62,568 bases of DNA, filler included, from Choristocarpus tenellus KU-1152 (GCA_964200185.2; 8 parts of 8 records of this genome joined end to end with filler, not necessarily neighbours in it), one strand, 5' to 3'. Positions 13,338 to 26,929 are shown, counted from the first letter of the whole stretch. The notes: generated from the letters alone by a model not told the origin. Numbers and translations: made by a program.

Positions 13338-13837
13338 GGCAGACTGGTAGGAGGTTGAGGAGAAATTAGAATGCCTAGGAGGGTAGAGAGGCAAGAAGAG
13401 CTCAAAAGGGGTATGGCAAGTTTTGGTTTAATTGGTTTGCCCACCATGATTCCACCCCAACAGTTTCAATTTTGCACTGTGCGCGTCACTTGTGTTGGAT
13501 TGAAGTATTTACCCTCATTAAGTTTGATTTTGTTGTAATTGCCACATAATTACTTGAGGATACTGCGAGATAAAGCAAAACATATTATGTGCACACATTG
13601 GCGTGAGGTGATACGACAATGTCTTCATACTCTCAACCTTGATTGCTGCTCAAATATGGTTTCACAGCCTAGCGTGGTTGATAGGTGCTAATTAGTCATT
13701 AGTAGCCTCTTCATGACTCTACTTGTATGAAGCACTCTCACTAATAATAGTAACACGGGGTGTGTACTTGTACTTGAAGTGGTTGGTACGATAGCCATCT
13801 ACTTCAAAGGATACAACTGTATGCATTTATGAGAATT

Positions 13838-14099
13838 GAGGCAAAGTATCTTGGAGGGTGGGGCTGCGTCCATTTGGGGACCAAAATTCAATGTTTCGAT
13901 TTTGATGTAATCTTGACTACCGTCTTTGTTAGGAAGTGTCAATATCCTTGTTCCGGGCACACCTTTTCATATCGTATACATTTTACCTACTCCAAAACAT
14001 TTCGGATTAGAAAAATGTCACAAAAACCCGTGGGAAGCCAAGCCCCAAATGGACAAACAGGGCAAAGGCAAAACTAGTACCCTCTAAGATACTTCACTC
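13838..14099. mobile_element. MITE family B copy
   Basis: GAGGCAAAGTATCTTGGAGGGT ... ACCCTCTAAGATACTTCACTC; the internal sequence matches the 6073 copy. Confidence 0.85.
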
Positions 14100-16049
14100 A
14101 ATGGTGAGTGTGTCTGTGCGACACAGGAAGAGCACATAAGTAACTGTGTCATGCATGTTTGGAGCTTAAAAAACTGTCATGTAAATGTTACGTACTATCA
14201 GGTTACCGTGCAGAGCAATACTGTTATCAATGTTGATATTATCATTCCATAATTATAGTTTTTTGTTAATATTTTATAGTTTTGTTATTTTACTTCTATT
14301 ATACTACACATATAGTAGTATATCTTTCTTTGTTATTGTTATTACTCAGAGCCACAGGGTTTCCCCCACCTCGTCGTGTTGTCAGGTTGGTTCATCATGT
14401 TTTGAGGTGTTTGTGCACTCAATTATGTAGGTCAGAACCTTGCTGCTTATCATCCCAGTCATCGACTGTGGATCATCGAACATGTTTCCCAGCCACTCCA
14501 GCTCAACAAGAGCTCTGTCCTTCAACCAAGTGTCCTATGCTAATATATTTTTCTATGCTGCATGGGGTTTTTGGATCAAGGAGAGTGCCACTACATCTCG
14601 AAAGATGCATTAGACTTGCCCAGGACGCCACTGCATGTTTCCATGTCTTGTACAACAGGTCAAAGTAATGTATGTATTGAAAGGGGTCATGATAAGGGAG
14701 TGAGGAATATGGAAGTAACTAACCAATACCCATCAGAAAAATTGTTTTATAGTTGCTTAGATTTGTTGAAACCTGATGAGGGAATGCTCTCAGTAGAGGT
14801 TTAGGCAGAAAGATGCTCGGCAAAGAAGAGGCTTGAGAGGTAAAGGTGCTCTGCACCGGTTCAGGTAATAATGGTGTTCTGACTCGGGACAGTGAAGCAT
14901 GAATCGTCGATGATGTGACGGGTCAGATGAGGTGCTCTGTGAAGAAGAGGCTTGACACCTTGTGAGTGAAAAGTTGTGGATGCATCAACTCCTAATATAC
15001 ATACGTTTACATATATGAAGATGCCAATACCATCCAGCTGTGTTGTGGTACACATGAAAGGTAGAAAGATGGCTTCAAGGGAACATGCCGATGCCTCATT
15101 TTGGGTCAAGAGGACAATCTACTTTCGCGAATGAACCTGGATGTCTGCTTCATACACTCAAGGCAGTCTCAGAACACATAACCAACTGTCTGTACCTATT
15201 ATGGAAAGAATAACCAAGTAGTCTCAGATCTATGAAACACAACAAAGTCTTCACATCTGGGGCAACAAATATGGACCAAGTGATTGTTCGCATATTGAGC
15301 TTGTGTGTCATGTACACGTACCGGTCCGCGAAGAGGAACAGTGAACTGCAGACTGCTTACAAAGCCATGAGTATTTATGTACACGTAAGATACGGATCCA
15401 TATATGTGTGTGTGTGTGTGTCAGGTGTTGGAGTGTCTGCATAGTCATACTCTGATAGGACAGTATTATGATGAAAGACAATTGCAACCAGGTGAGGATA
15501 TCCTCGACTATAACTTATTGGTCAACTAGAGTTGTACGCTATGTTTGAGTAAGACTACTCCATTCTACTACATTCTAATATTATACCATTATTAGTATCT
15601 AAGTAGTAGGTTGATGTAAGGTCTTTTTGATTTTCATATTATTTTACTTTTCACCTGCGACACAAAGTCCCAAGATGAAATACTTTGTAGTACTATCAAG
15701 TATTGGACGACTGAAGAGGACATGTCCAGGGCATCGGGGAGTATAAACGAGCCCAGACTTGGACCCGTCTGGTAAAAATAAGTGTCAGCAGGGCTGGATC
15801 GGGGAGACCATCAAGATCCTAAACCGGACCTAGGGACCCACTTGAAATGATATATGTGGTGTACAGGACTGGACTGGGGTTGTCCAGATATGGAACCAGA
15901 ACGGACCGAGGACCCGTCTAGTGTAAGGTCATCAATTCTTTTGTGAAAAAAAAGTCGAGTTTTGTGTATTGATTAGGAATATTGATATTATTAGTTACAC
16001 GGCCAACGGTTTCATTCTAGAAGAAATTCATCATGTCATCCATTTAAAA

Positions 16050-17200
16050 AGACATAACAGCAGCATCCGTGTGACGCTTACGTTCGCATCGCGAGGATTA
16101 CGGATGCACCTTGCAAGGAATACACATGGGAGTGGCATCCAGTGAGGGAAGGTATGATGTTCTTTTCAATATTGGATATCGACACCATGATCCTGGATCG
16201 TTGGGCTTGTTGTGGACAACAGGGATATATCTGCGCTGAGTGGGATAATCTTGCCGCAGTAAGGGGAACAGTTTCAGATCAGAGAGAATCCTGAATAGAA
16301 AGGATTTCAGCCTCAGAGGGGAACGAATATCGATTAATATGATCATTGGACCTAATCTGCACCTACGGCACGAGTTAGTGACAGAATTTTCCCCCAACCC
16401 TCACTTTACTTCTCATGTTTTTCGGCATACGTATGTCGCAACCAGATACAGGAATACCATGTACTTCTTCGTTCACCAGATTTTTCGGGCAACGCTGGTG
16501 GTTTCCTTGGTGAGCGTCAGTGATGGCAAGGTAAGGGTCAGATGTGGCAAGGAATGGTCTCACCAGGCTACAACCAGAACTGACAAACACTTCTTCACGA
16601 TGCACAGTTAAGAACTGCCTCACTGGTACATACAATTTGTCCCACTCATTGTAGTCGTACCATTTTTCACGTCCTCGCTGCGTTTCCTTTCCTCCTTTTT
16701 CGACTTTCGATCTACCTTTCCGTAGTGCTCCTCGCTCCTTCTCCGTTTGCTAAAGGGTTGCTGGCTATTGGTCCAAACTACTTGAATGATGCACTGGCCC
16801 ACTGTGTCGTGTGTCCTACCGTGGGGCAGGCTGGAGCCTATGGCGAGAGGCACCACAAGAGTGGTTTCTGGAGTATTATAGGAGGCACGTGGAGCTCCAC
16901 CTGGAACTCTGTGTATCGGTTCTTCTGCGGACTTTCTGAAAGCTGCACGGCGCACGAAACTCTCCTTGCCACATTGTCTGAGGACCTTGAACATTCCAAG
17001 AATAATGTGCGTCTTCTTGTCCCCCGTTCATCCACCTCACTCAAACCCTGGTGTACCTCCTAACCGACCAGAAACTTCATATGCACATCCGCACCAGGAC
17101 CTTAAAAAGGTTGTCACAATTTTAGTATCAAGTTGCGCAGTAAGCCTCTCCACAAATCCACATATTGCTATTGTGAGAGAAGGTTAATATTGCATGAAGA
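16050..17200 (-). pseudogene. Decayed DNA transposase, tentatively Sola2-like
   Basis: Across frameshifts the motif order resembles Sola2: CGEAYC (Cys-rich), WYDY, RCPKN..KKYMVFL (SDGC..QFKN-like), HTYAEKHEK.SEG.GENSV (HGK...DG-like), then terminal GCCCYVFLNG. Several stops. Judged by eye only. Confidence 0.35.
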
Positions 17201-19324
17201 GTCAGTGATAAACAATCGCCTGGGATGTAGGCACCACAGTTGTCCATTTGACGAATTTTCATCATCCCTTCAATAAAGTTTCCAACCAGAGCGAGCGTCG
17301 CTGTTGCCAGAGTGACGGAAATATACTCTGGAGTATTTTGAAACCTTCTTCACCTCACATGGATGAACGCATCATTGTTTTTTGTCTTTTGTAAATCTTT
17401 CAGCAATTCCAACGCTATTCAGCTGCACCTCAGAAAGGTTCAATCTTTTTCATTGACGAGTTCAAGTATACAAGGCGATGTATGGAAATAACCTTGTTTC
17501 GAATGTCACCATTCAGACAAGCACATGCACAAAGGCCCCCCAAAAACTCATACACTCACTCATTCCCCATCCTGGACCACCTATCAGGAGGTGATACTAA
17601 TGTCCTTGTTTGTGTCAGCTGTTGTTGGGGCGGTGCTGTCTCTATGCATGTGGGCAAAGGTGAGGTGGTGTTCACCCACACTGCACCCTGCCTCCCCATC
17701 ACCTATCTGTATTTGTGTGGAAACTGTAGTAGAACCAGTATCAATGGAATAATATGATTGTGTTCAGGGAAGACAGTGACAGCTGTAACACCTCTATCAC
17801 TTTGTGCGAGACCCAATGAAAAGATTGTTCATGTAAGGACCTACTACACTCTCACTCCAAGTTGACTGCCAAGTTGCCACATTAATTTGCCCCCCGCTCC
17901 CTTCCTACACACACCACATAGGCCTCAAGGAACACCAAAACAATTGCAAGAGAAGTCAAAGAGCTTCGAGACCGCTACGCCACACCTAGATGTACATGTC
18001 CAACTTCTGAGAGGCACACGGGTCAGGTGATCATGCATACATACAGTTGCTCCTTACTGTGTTGGATCATCATTTAACACATCGATAACTTTTTTGCAGT
18101 GCTTCCGCCAGAACCCCTTCAAGAGCTTCTTCCCAGACCGGTGAGTACTCATGCCAAGAGGGGGCTCCCATGAGATTGCACTGACAGTGTGGAGGCAAAT
18201 GATTCCCAACAAACTATCTCATCCACTATGAGTCATACTAACCGAGAGATGTGCAGGTTGCATTGCAAGGATCTCCGGAAATGGACAAATCACATCTCTT
18301 TCTACATTATGAGAAGTTCCTTCACTCAGCTGTAGTTTTTGTTTTTGTCGGGCTCGCTCTTAAGTGTTAACATTTTGGGGGGGGAGGAGCTTCTAATTTG
18401 AATGTAGAACATCATAACAGGGTGTATTGCTCTGGAGTTGAAATACAAAGCGCAGGGTGCAAAAATAGTCCTAATGTGTATTCCTCTGAGGTATTGTTAG
18501 TCAAATTGTACCACCCACCAACAGCTGATTGTGAAAAACAAAGATATTGCGATAAACTTGGATAAAGTATTTACATATATGGTGTGGTGGGACCGACCTC
18601 CAACCTTGTACTTCTATGTTGGCATTGGTTGAGGTACTCTTCTAGGATGTGTGCCCATTATGCTTGGTCCTCCCTATCCTTCACAGTGTCACAACAATTG
18701 GCACAACATTGCGTGGCCGATGTGCAGCATGCACTAAAAGTCAACTCCTCAATAGTTGGAAGGTTTCATGAGCTTGTGGTCAAGCATTTGAGCAGCTGTG
18801 GCAGTCGCCTGTCCCTATCCTGATTCTACCCCTCTTACTCTGTACTTTGAATAGTGTTAGTGTTTTGCACTAAAGGTGCTTCTTGTACAGAACCATAGGG
18901 ATGAAAAGTAGCCTTTGGTAAAGATGTGGCTGTCTTCACTTGAACACCTATCGAGTTTGCTCTACCTGAAACATTAACGTGACCTTATACCCCTGACAAA
19001 CAACTTTCATATTGATAGCACTGGCCCCATTCGGTCAAAGTATCTGGGGGTACCGGCGTCCGTTTTTGACCCTTCCAGGACCAATAGTCTCAATATCTAA
19101 GAGCTTTGCTGGAGAAAAACATTAATTCATCTCGAACCTGTTGAATCATTAGCAGAGCTTCACCCAAAACCTGGTGATGACAGTGGCATCAGGATAGGCA
19201 GGAAATATTGCACTCCAAATTCACACTTCATATTAACCTGATCCTAACCCCGACAACAACTGAGATACTGCAATCTCATTCCTGACCTCAAGATTGACCA
19301 AAAATGCATGCCAACCTCTCAAAG

Positions 19325-22300
19325 ATGGATGAACTGAGGGACAAGAGCAAGGCACTCCAGGTCCTTCTGAACAAAGCCAACGATGAATTGGCACAATCCT
19401 CTGTGTTGGTGACAGAGCTCAAGGGGAAGCTTGTGGAGGAGAGGTTTGTGGGCAGTGTGATCAGTTTGTGGGGCTGCCGTAAGTCTGAAAATGTATGGGA
19501 TTGATAGAACATACATAGGATCAAGGGAACAAGATCAACAGGTGGGGTTCCAATCACAGAAGCTTCAGTAGGGATATACCAACCAACAGTACACTCTTGT
19601 CCGAAGTGTGATACATATATTTCCTGCATGTCACTGAAGCTGCCAATTCAGACACTATGGCAATCTCTTGTCAAAGTATTGTGTGAATGCTATTCGCGTC
19701 CTCCTTCCTCCATCTCGATCTTGCACTGCCACAAACCAACGCAGGCCTTCCTCATCCTCCATTTCTCTCCCACCCACCAAACCTCTCTCCCACCAACCCA
19801 AACCTAAAGAGGAAAGGTTAGGAATCTAACAAAAACGGGCTGGGAACTACGGCGACTGGCAAGGTTCCTACATAGTCATCTTCCCAACCCAGAGCAGACC
19901 ATTGGAGGAACCCATGGAGAGGATTGGGGGGTGGAGTGCCGGGGTCTGTTGGGAGAGGGCATTGGCAAAAGGGAACACCTATCAGAGGTGAGGTTTTCCC
20001 CTCATGGGTCGCATAACTCACCGATCAGATTGAGCCACAGTATCAGTTTCTCCTCTTGCAGAATGAATGAAAGTACCTTAGAGGGTACGAGTTTTGCCCC
20101 GTTTGCCCGTTTGGGGCTTGACTTCAAACGAGTTTTTTATGACATTTTACCTACTCCGAAATATTTCGGAGTAGGTAAAATGTATTTGTTATGAAAAGGT
20201 GAGTCCGGAACAAGGATATTGGCACTTTCTAACAAACACAATGGCCAAGATTACATGAAAATCGGAACATTGGATTCTTGGCCCCAAACAGACACGACTC
20301 TCTACCCTCTAAGATACTTTGACTCAATGCTGTTGCGGGTGGTATCTTTCCATGACCTAGCCAGACTTATGGGATGGAAATAGTGAAGGCGGGGACAAGG
20401 GAAAAGTGAAGCGGGTGAATGAGTAGATGGGTTTGTGTGCCTTTGTCGTGCTCTACAGTTTGACTGTGTTGCCTTATCTGATCTCCCAATTATACTCTAC
20501 TTTTCCCTCCCACTTCTCCCCCTTGTGGCTGTCTGCTGACCGTGACAAATCTTGACTTAAGACTCCGATGACACTTGTTCCCACCCATGAATGACTTCTC
20601 TAGCTCCGCGCCCAGGCAGTGCATTACGGCTTGGTGACTGCCACAGGTTTCAACACGGAAATGCTTCAGGCAAAGGGGGGAGAAGCATCAGATCGTGATT
20701 CAAAGGTTAGGGGTTTTCTTTTTAGAAAACATGTTGCCACCAAGGGCTAGTAGCCATTCGGGAACATCATCATCTCAATCCTATAGCAATGATATTTCTT
20801 CTTCTGTGAGTATTGTCCCTAAAGGTCTATACATTAGACTAACCCTTGGGGATGCCAGAGAATGTGTGGAATGCCTTGTGCTGGTTGCCCCCAACTCCTT
20901 CCAGTATTGCTGTAGACCCGCAGGCATTGCATTCCAGTAACTATGCAAGGAGCGTTGTCGCCCCAAGAGAGAGTTACACATATACTAGCATCATAATATC
21001 CACAAAGTATATATTTGGAAGAAAGGATCCCTCTCATCCATGTTCCCGTTCATGAGTTTACCTTTTTCAGTTTCTCTCTTTGCTGCAAGGTTACATATTT
21101 GAAACCTTTATGCAGTTAACTCCAAAAGAACCACAGGGTGGGCTCTAGATTAGTATTATTTATAATATATCGGCAGAGTCGTACAGATGTGCTCGAGTGT
21201 GCTCTTCCTGATACAGACTTTTAGTGTGAGAAGAATAGAAAACCTCATCGACTTCTTAATGATCGAGATCTATGTACCACGAGTTGATGATATATATATA
21301 TATGTATGTATGTATGTATATATCATGAGGGGATAGAGTAATGCCATGACTTTATGAAAGGAATGAACAGAGCTCAGTCAATCAACTAAGGAATGCCTTA
21401 AATTTACCGGTTGGCAAGCCCGAAACCCCAAGTCACAGTAAATGCATGACTTCAGGCTCAAAGTATCTGGGGAAAGGAGGGGTCTACACCAGGGTGTTAA
21501 TTTGGGGCCTGACCAGGAAAAGTGCACTTACTTACATTATCCATCTGACAAATGCAACCAAATCACAAAAAAATGGCGAAATAGAAAAATGGACCCCAAA
21601 TGGACAGCCGCCACCCCTCCCCCCAGATACTGTCATCCTCAAATCAATGGGGAGTACACCCTGTGCTGTTTGTTCTCTCCAGTCAATGTTCCTAGCAATG
21701 TCTCATTTCTCTTCTCAATGATCAAACACAGGGAGCATTTGGGGATGTGACCTTTCTTCACCCAACTCAAGCCCTCCGCGAGGAAGGCGTGGCTATTTCT
21801 GACCTGGGATTTGCCCTCAAGACAGCCAAGGTAAGCAATCCCTGGTATTCTGCCTAGGTTGAAGAGTGAAACTATCTTAGAGGGTACGAGTTTTTCCCTA
21901 TTTGTCCATTGGTCGGGCTTGACTTCCCGTGTTTTTTTTTTTACATTTTCCGACTCCAAAATGTTTCGTAGTAGGTAAAATGTATACATTTGTGGGGCTT
22001 GGCTTCCCATGGCTTTTATAATGACATTTTCCGACTCCAAAATGTTTCGTAGTAGGTAAAATGTGTATGTTATGAACGGTGTGTCCGAAACATAGATATT
22101 GACACTTCTAACAAACACGATAGCCAAAATTACATTATAATCACGACATTGTTTTTTGACCCCCAAATGGACGCGGCTCTACCCTCTAAGATACTTTGGC
22201 TCTGAACGCAAAACAATCATCAATGGATTGCACAAATGCTTGCGTCCACAATACACCAGCATTGATTGCAATACACCTAAATGGCTTTCTACTATTTCAA

Positions 22301-25300
22301 TATGTTGAATTTATCGCACACAAGGCTGATGTCGTTCAGTACATATATATATTTCAAATGTGCCGACCATCCTTCCCACTGTGCCCACACTAGGCTCAAA
22401 GTATCTGGGAGGGGGGGGGGATCTACACCAGGGTGTCAATTTCGGGCAAAAACCAGGAAAAGTGCACTCATATTTTCCATCTGATGTATGCAAACAAACC
22501 ACCCAAAATCACGACATGAAAAAATTGGCCCAAAATGGACAGCCTCCACCCCCCCCCAGATACTTTGAGCCCTATCATATCGCCTGTGCAAGGAACAACA
22601 TATTATCTTTCTTGCACATTAGAATGCCAGCACAGCCTTTGAAACATTGCAGCACTTCAACCAAAACACTGACAGGCTGCTCTCCAGCACAAATGATGTT
22701 TCTGCTCCAAGAAGTGAAACATAAATTCAATTTATATCCCTGCTTATTGCAGAGGGATCCTCATCATCCCCCAATTCTTCTGCTTTCCTGCTTCAAACCC
22801 GTGCACATCCCTCAGCCATTTAAGAGCGCTGTCTGCTCTGGAAACAGCGAAGTTCGATTGCTGAGGAACCTGCATGAGCTTGGTTGGTGGAGGCACGAGC
22901 ACACTGTTCAATTCCTCGCTGGGCGGGAAGGGCAGGGGGGAGACGGGGTCCCACCCATGATCCTGATGGTCAGGGAGCAGGGAACCGTAACTGATCTCAT
23001 TGCAGCTGCGGGTAGCATGACTTGCAGGAACATCTTGGGGCAAGAATATTTGTCTGCTTCCATAAGCATTGCTTTAAAGTATTGTAAATGGTGTGCATTG
23101 TTCTGTGCTCTATCCTCACTATACACTCCTGACTTGATTGAAGGTTCTATGTATTGATACCATTCCGGCTCTTGATGCACTAAATGGTTCTAGGAGATAC
23201 CACGCATAGGCTCAAGGTTAGGCTCATCTGCATACTGTGAAAATCACTAAGGCACTGCTGGGGGTTCGGAATTGACTCCCTATCAAAAGTCAACAGAGTT
23301 GTTCGTGACAGAAGAGCTGACTTCCCACCTGATACCTTGCCACAGGCCCCTTGGAGGGATTGCAGATGCTCTGCAGCAGCTGCACGATCACCCACTGGGC
23401 ATCCTACACCGAGATGTGAAACCGGATAACATCCTCTTTCACACAGGGGCGGGTGGGGATCCAGTGTTTGTGCTGACAGACTTTGGTCACGCAATTTGCA
23501 ACGCTCGAGGAGGTGTGGTAACCTCCAAAACAAAACAGAGCATGAGTGACATGTTTTCTAATTTCCTTGCTTCCAATTGTCAAGGTTTGGTGTGAGGGTA
23601 CTTCCATAATGTCATGTTTGATGCAGCTAGCATCTAGGCATTGGGTGCAGTGCATGGAGGATGCCAAGAGTTCATAGTTCAAACAGGGGAAATGGTGGTT
23701 GTGGAAATGCTATTATTATTAGCTGAGTAAAAATGTGTGGAAATTGACACTCTTCTGAGTTCTGAAGGCATCGCACATCTAACCACAGACTTTGGATATT
23801 AGTGCTGTTACGAACACTTGAGCAATGAATCTCTCCTCTAAACTCACTGCAATCCCCAGTTTCCTACCTCAGGTCGGTTTATACTTTCATCAGTTTTTGA
23901 AACCTCCAGTTTTCTATATCCGCAAGGGTTCTGGAGTAAGTGATCATGTTGATAGTACCATCATCCAGATAGACACCAATAATTTCTACTGCAGTTGATA
24001 CCATAGAACTACTGATTATATAGTAGTGTACAATGCTGTTAGCGTAGATGAGGCCGCAGGGAGGTTGTGTCGATAAGAGACTCTTATGTACTCTAAAGTG
24101 GAATGTATCACAGGCAGGTAGACAGTGTAAACAGAATGCAAAAAACATAGGGGCGTATTATTACATCTCAAGGACAACACTCATAAAGCCGAACCCGAAC
24201 CATTAGTTATTTGCTGCCGTGGTGAATTCATAGGACAGAGATGCACAAGCAGACCCCGGCTCTTGTATTGTGCCCTGCCTTGAATATCTGGACTCAGGAT
24301 TTCTTGCTGCTAATGAAGACGACCTTGGAGTTGGTACACCAAGGTATGCTGCACCAGAAACGATGGTTGCAGGGATTGACATCAACGGGCGTGCACCTGG
24401 GTACTCACTTCAGAGCGATCTTTACAGCTTGGCAGTTGTGGCAATGAAGGGCCTTCTTGGCACCCTTCCTTTTGGGGAAACTGTGAGTAGCACCCTTACT
24501 TCTTTTACTTTCAGGGTGTGAATAGGATACCTTAATTGGCATCGTCAGAGGTCCTGTATATCTGATGTGTTGGACTAAATTGGAATACTATTTGTTGATG
24601 GCACTATCGGGTTCAATACCACAGACAACGGAAATTGCACAAATGGTAGCAGATCATGATTGATGCTGAGGTACAATAAATTGTAGCTTATGAATGCAAT
24701 AATTAGTACTTACTCCAACACAGGCCAAGTCAAATACCAAGTGCCGTACAGGCACATCATGAACAGACACAGAGTCACAAATAGTGTTGAAAACCTGTTG
24801 CGGATACATGACAGAAGCAATATAGTTGCGGCTACACTTTTGAACCACTACACATGAAGATTAACATTGGTACAGAGGGCTTTCATCCTCCAATGTAAGC
24901 ATGGTTCCTCCTCTCCTCTCTGTTTGTAAGGGCGTAACCAGTCGATTTTCCAAACGGATACAACTGCACACAATTTTTCTGATCCCATTTTAGTGAGAGG
25001 TGAAGTATATGTACCAAGGTAAGGAAGTCTTCCCGTCTTGGGATACCCTTGTAACTGGCTGTTAGTGCCACCAGCAAACGGCGGCTTCAGACAGCACTAC
25101 ATTCCCTTGCCCCTCCTCTTGACTGAATTAGTGCCTATTACTCCTTGAACTGAGGGTTTGATCCCCTTCCTGTACAATAATGATCTCCGAAGCATAGAGT
25201 TATCCTTCCAGCATCAGTTTTTCTCAATACTCTACAAAATCCAAGGCCACTACAACGATCCATCCTCCGGATTGGACAAACTGGAACACACCCAAATGGA

Positions 25301-25882
25301 TTCCTGTGATCGAGGCTGCAAAGATCTTACCTGTGCCAATATGCAATAATGATTTGTTTGCAGTCGGCCACTCTGGCCTGATTGAGGATCAGGAATGACC
25401 TTGTGCAAGTGTTGGCTTTGTATGTTTCCAGCAGTCTGAGCTGTGGTTGAAACTCATAAAACGGCCCTCAATCCCCTAGAAGCACAAGTACTGAATTCTT
25501 GACTGATGTGAGTTGACACTGATTCAGAGCACAGGGAATCAAATATGTGCTCATGACAATCTTTTACTCAGTCAGTCAGTCAGTTATTGTACATAATTTC
25601 TATGATAGTTCACCTGAGATTCCTGAGTAAAACCAATGTCTCTCCACGTTTGACCCCTTGTGGCAGATGGTATCAATGATGGGAGTGAAAGAGGTGCCAC
25701 ACAGTGCAATTACCACCAAATCCCTCCAAGAACTCTGCGGCCCTGGTGTCTCTGAAGGCACCTTGAATGCAGCGATCCAGCTGCTTCCTGGGATTGATCC
25801 GATGCCGAATCAACGACCTGAGTCTGGGGAGGCATTTGTAGCTCTGCTCTCATCCATTCTTACAGGGGCTTACGCAGAATAA
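19325..25882 (+). CDS. Coiled-coil + Ser/Thr(-like) protein kinase; exons 19325-19443, 19893-19987, 20647-20705, 21732-21830, 22816-23011, (23194-23216), ~23346-23511, 24299-24482, 25668-25882; 5' end unresolved
   Basis: Phase-consistent GT-AG exons give DSKGAFGDV (Gly loop), FALK, SEVRLL (alphaC Glu), HRDVKPDN, LTDFG, GTPRYAAPE, SDLYSL and NQRP. The upstream exon MDELRDKSKALQVLLNKANDELAQ is a coiled coil. Confidence 0.88.
20065..20325. mobile_element. MITE family B copy (reverse orientation), kinase intron
   Basis: GAATGAAAGTACCTTAGAGGGTA ... TACCCTCTAAGATACTTTGACTC with AAT TSD. Confidence 0.88.
21455..21638. mobile_element. MITE family A (~180 bp), kinase intron
   Basis: GGCTCAAAGTATCTGGGG ... 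CCCCAGATACTGTCATCC with TCA TSD. Confidence 0.85.
21864..22202. mobile_element. MITE family B copy with internal duplication
   Basis: TIRs GAGTGAAACTATCTTAGAGGGTA / TACCCTCTAAGATACTTTGGCTC. The segment acattttccgactccaaaatgtttcgtagtaggtaaaatgt is present twice (~21943 and ~22025). Confidence 0.85.
22393..22571. mobile_element. MITE family A, intact
   Basis: Perfect terminal repeat GGCTCAAAGTATCTGGG / CCCAGATACTTTGAGCC with CTA TSD. Confidence 0.92.
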
Positions 25883-26929
25883 GATGGGGGCAGGACTGTA
25901 CAGAGTAGGACTTGTTTAAGGTGTACCTCTTTCCCCTTTGTGAGTGAGTCTGTGTGTGAGAGTATGCTTGACTTTAGTCCATGAAATGCAACTAATGAGA
26001 TTTTTATTATATATGAGTTTGGAAATGTTGACAACTGGTTGGTATTTATAGATAGACTACACTGATCCGATAATGGTGGTATGTTTCCTGTAAAACCAGA
26101 ATAGTGGCAGGAGTATCCATATGGTATTGTTGGCAAAGAAATTTTAGGGAGACAGGTAATAGTGATGTGACACATAGCGAGAGTGGTACACCTATGTGAT
26201 GACTCTCTTCCTCTTTTGCCACATTTTTCTCATTTGCTAAGGGGACCACCGTGTGAGGTTCCAATCTACGTGCTTCTCCTGACTCCTATCCTGAGAAAGG
26301 GTAAATACTTTCCGAGAAGAGGGTGATTGGGTTGGCTAGGAGGAAGGAGATGCAACAGGCAGTCTGTGTGTGTACCACCTGCCGATTTAGTACGAAATAC
26401 ACTTATTCCAATGTCCTGATTGCCTCACAGTGCTACTGTCTATCTTGTCTATCTTGTCTATCTTGTCTATCTTCTTGTTGACTTTCTGAGTGAATCTCTT
26501 ATAATACATTGTTCTGTGCGAGGAGCTTGTTTACATATTTTGCATCTAAGAAGCTTAGCGCACTCCAAGTACCTAGCTGACAAAAAGTATCTCTGACACG
26601 TCCATAGACTGTACAGGGTTTGTTGTGAAAACGCTGTTGCCCCGATTAGATATCTATCTTTCCAGCTTGCCAAGTCCCAAACCGGGGTGATTTCGTTTTT
26701 TCTTGGTACACCATCGTCTTTTGTGTGTGACGATTAGAAGTAGACGCGGCAAGTGCAAGGCGCAATAAGGTATGGTACACTTTACTAGATAGGGGGAAGC
26801 ACTGCCCAAGCATGCCTTGCCTTTTTCTTTTTATGTCTTGGGTTCAGTCATCTCAATCAGCGATCATCCCATTACCTGCCTCAAATTTTCTTATGTCCAG
26901 TACTTTCCGGGCACAGCATGTGTCAGAAG

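Noticed and set aside
15710-15735. Hammerhead-like CTGAAGA-GGACATGTCC
   Set aside because: The stem is not followed by GAAA and no stem I/III is evident. Other CTGATGA sites checked (14773, 47958, 61389) also lack the core.
16075-16125. TnpB/Fanzor C-terminal motif (CIPC...RDAN) on the minus strand
   Set aside because: CxxC and RDAN are in different frames, and no RuvC-I (D-x-G) or RuvC-II motif lies upstream. A DDE transposase relic explains the region better.
26252-26535. Solo LTR containing (TGTCTATCT)x4
   Set aside because: TG...CA ends are possible, but there is no TSD, PBS/PPT or second copy in the window.
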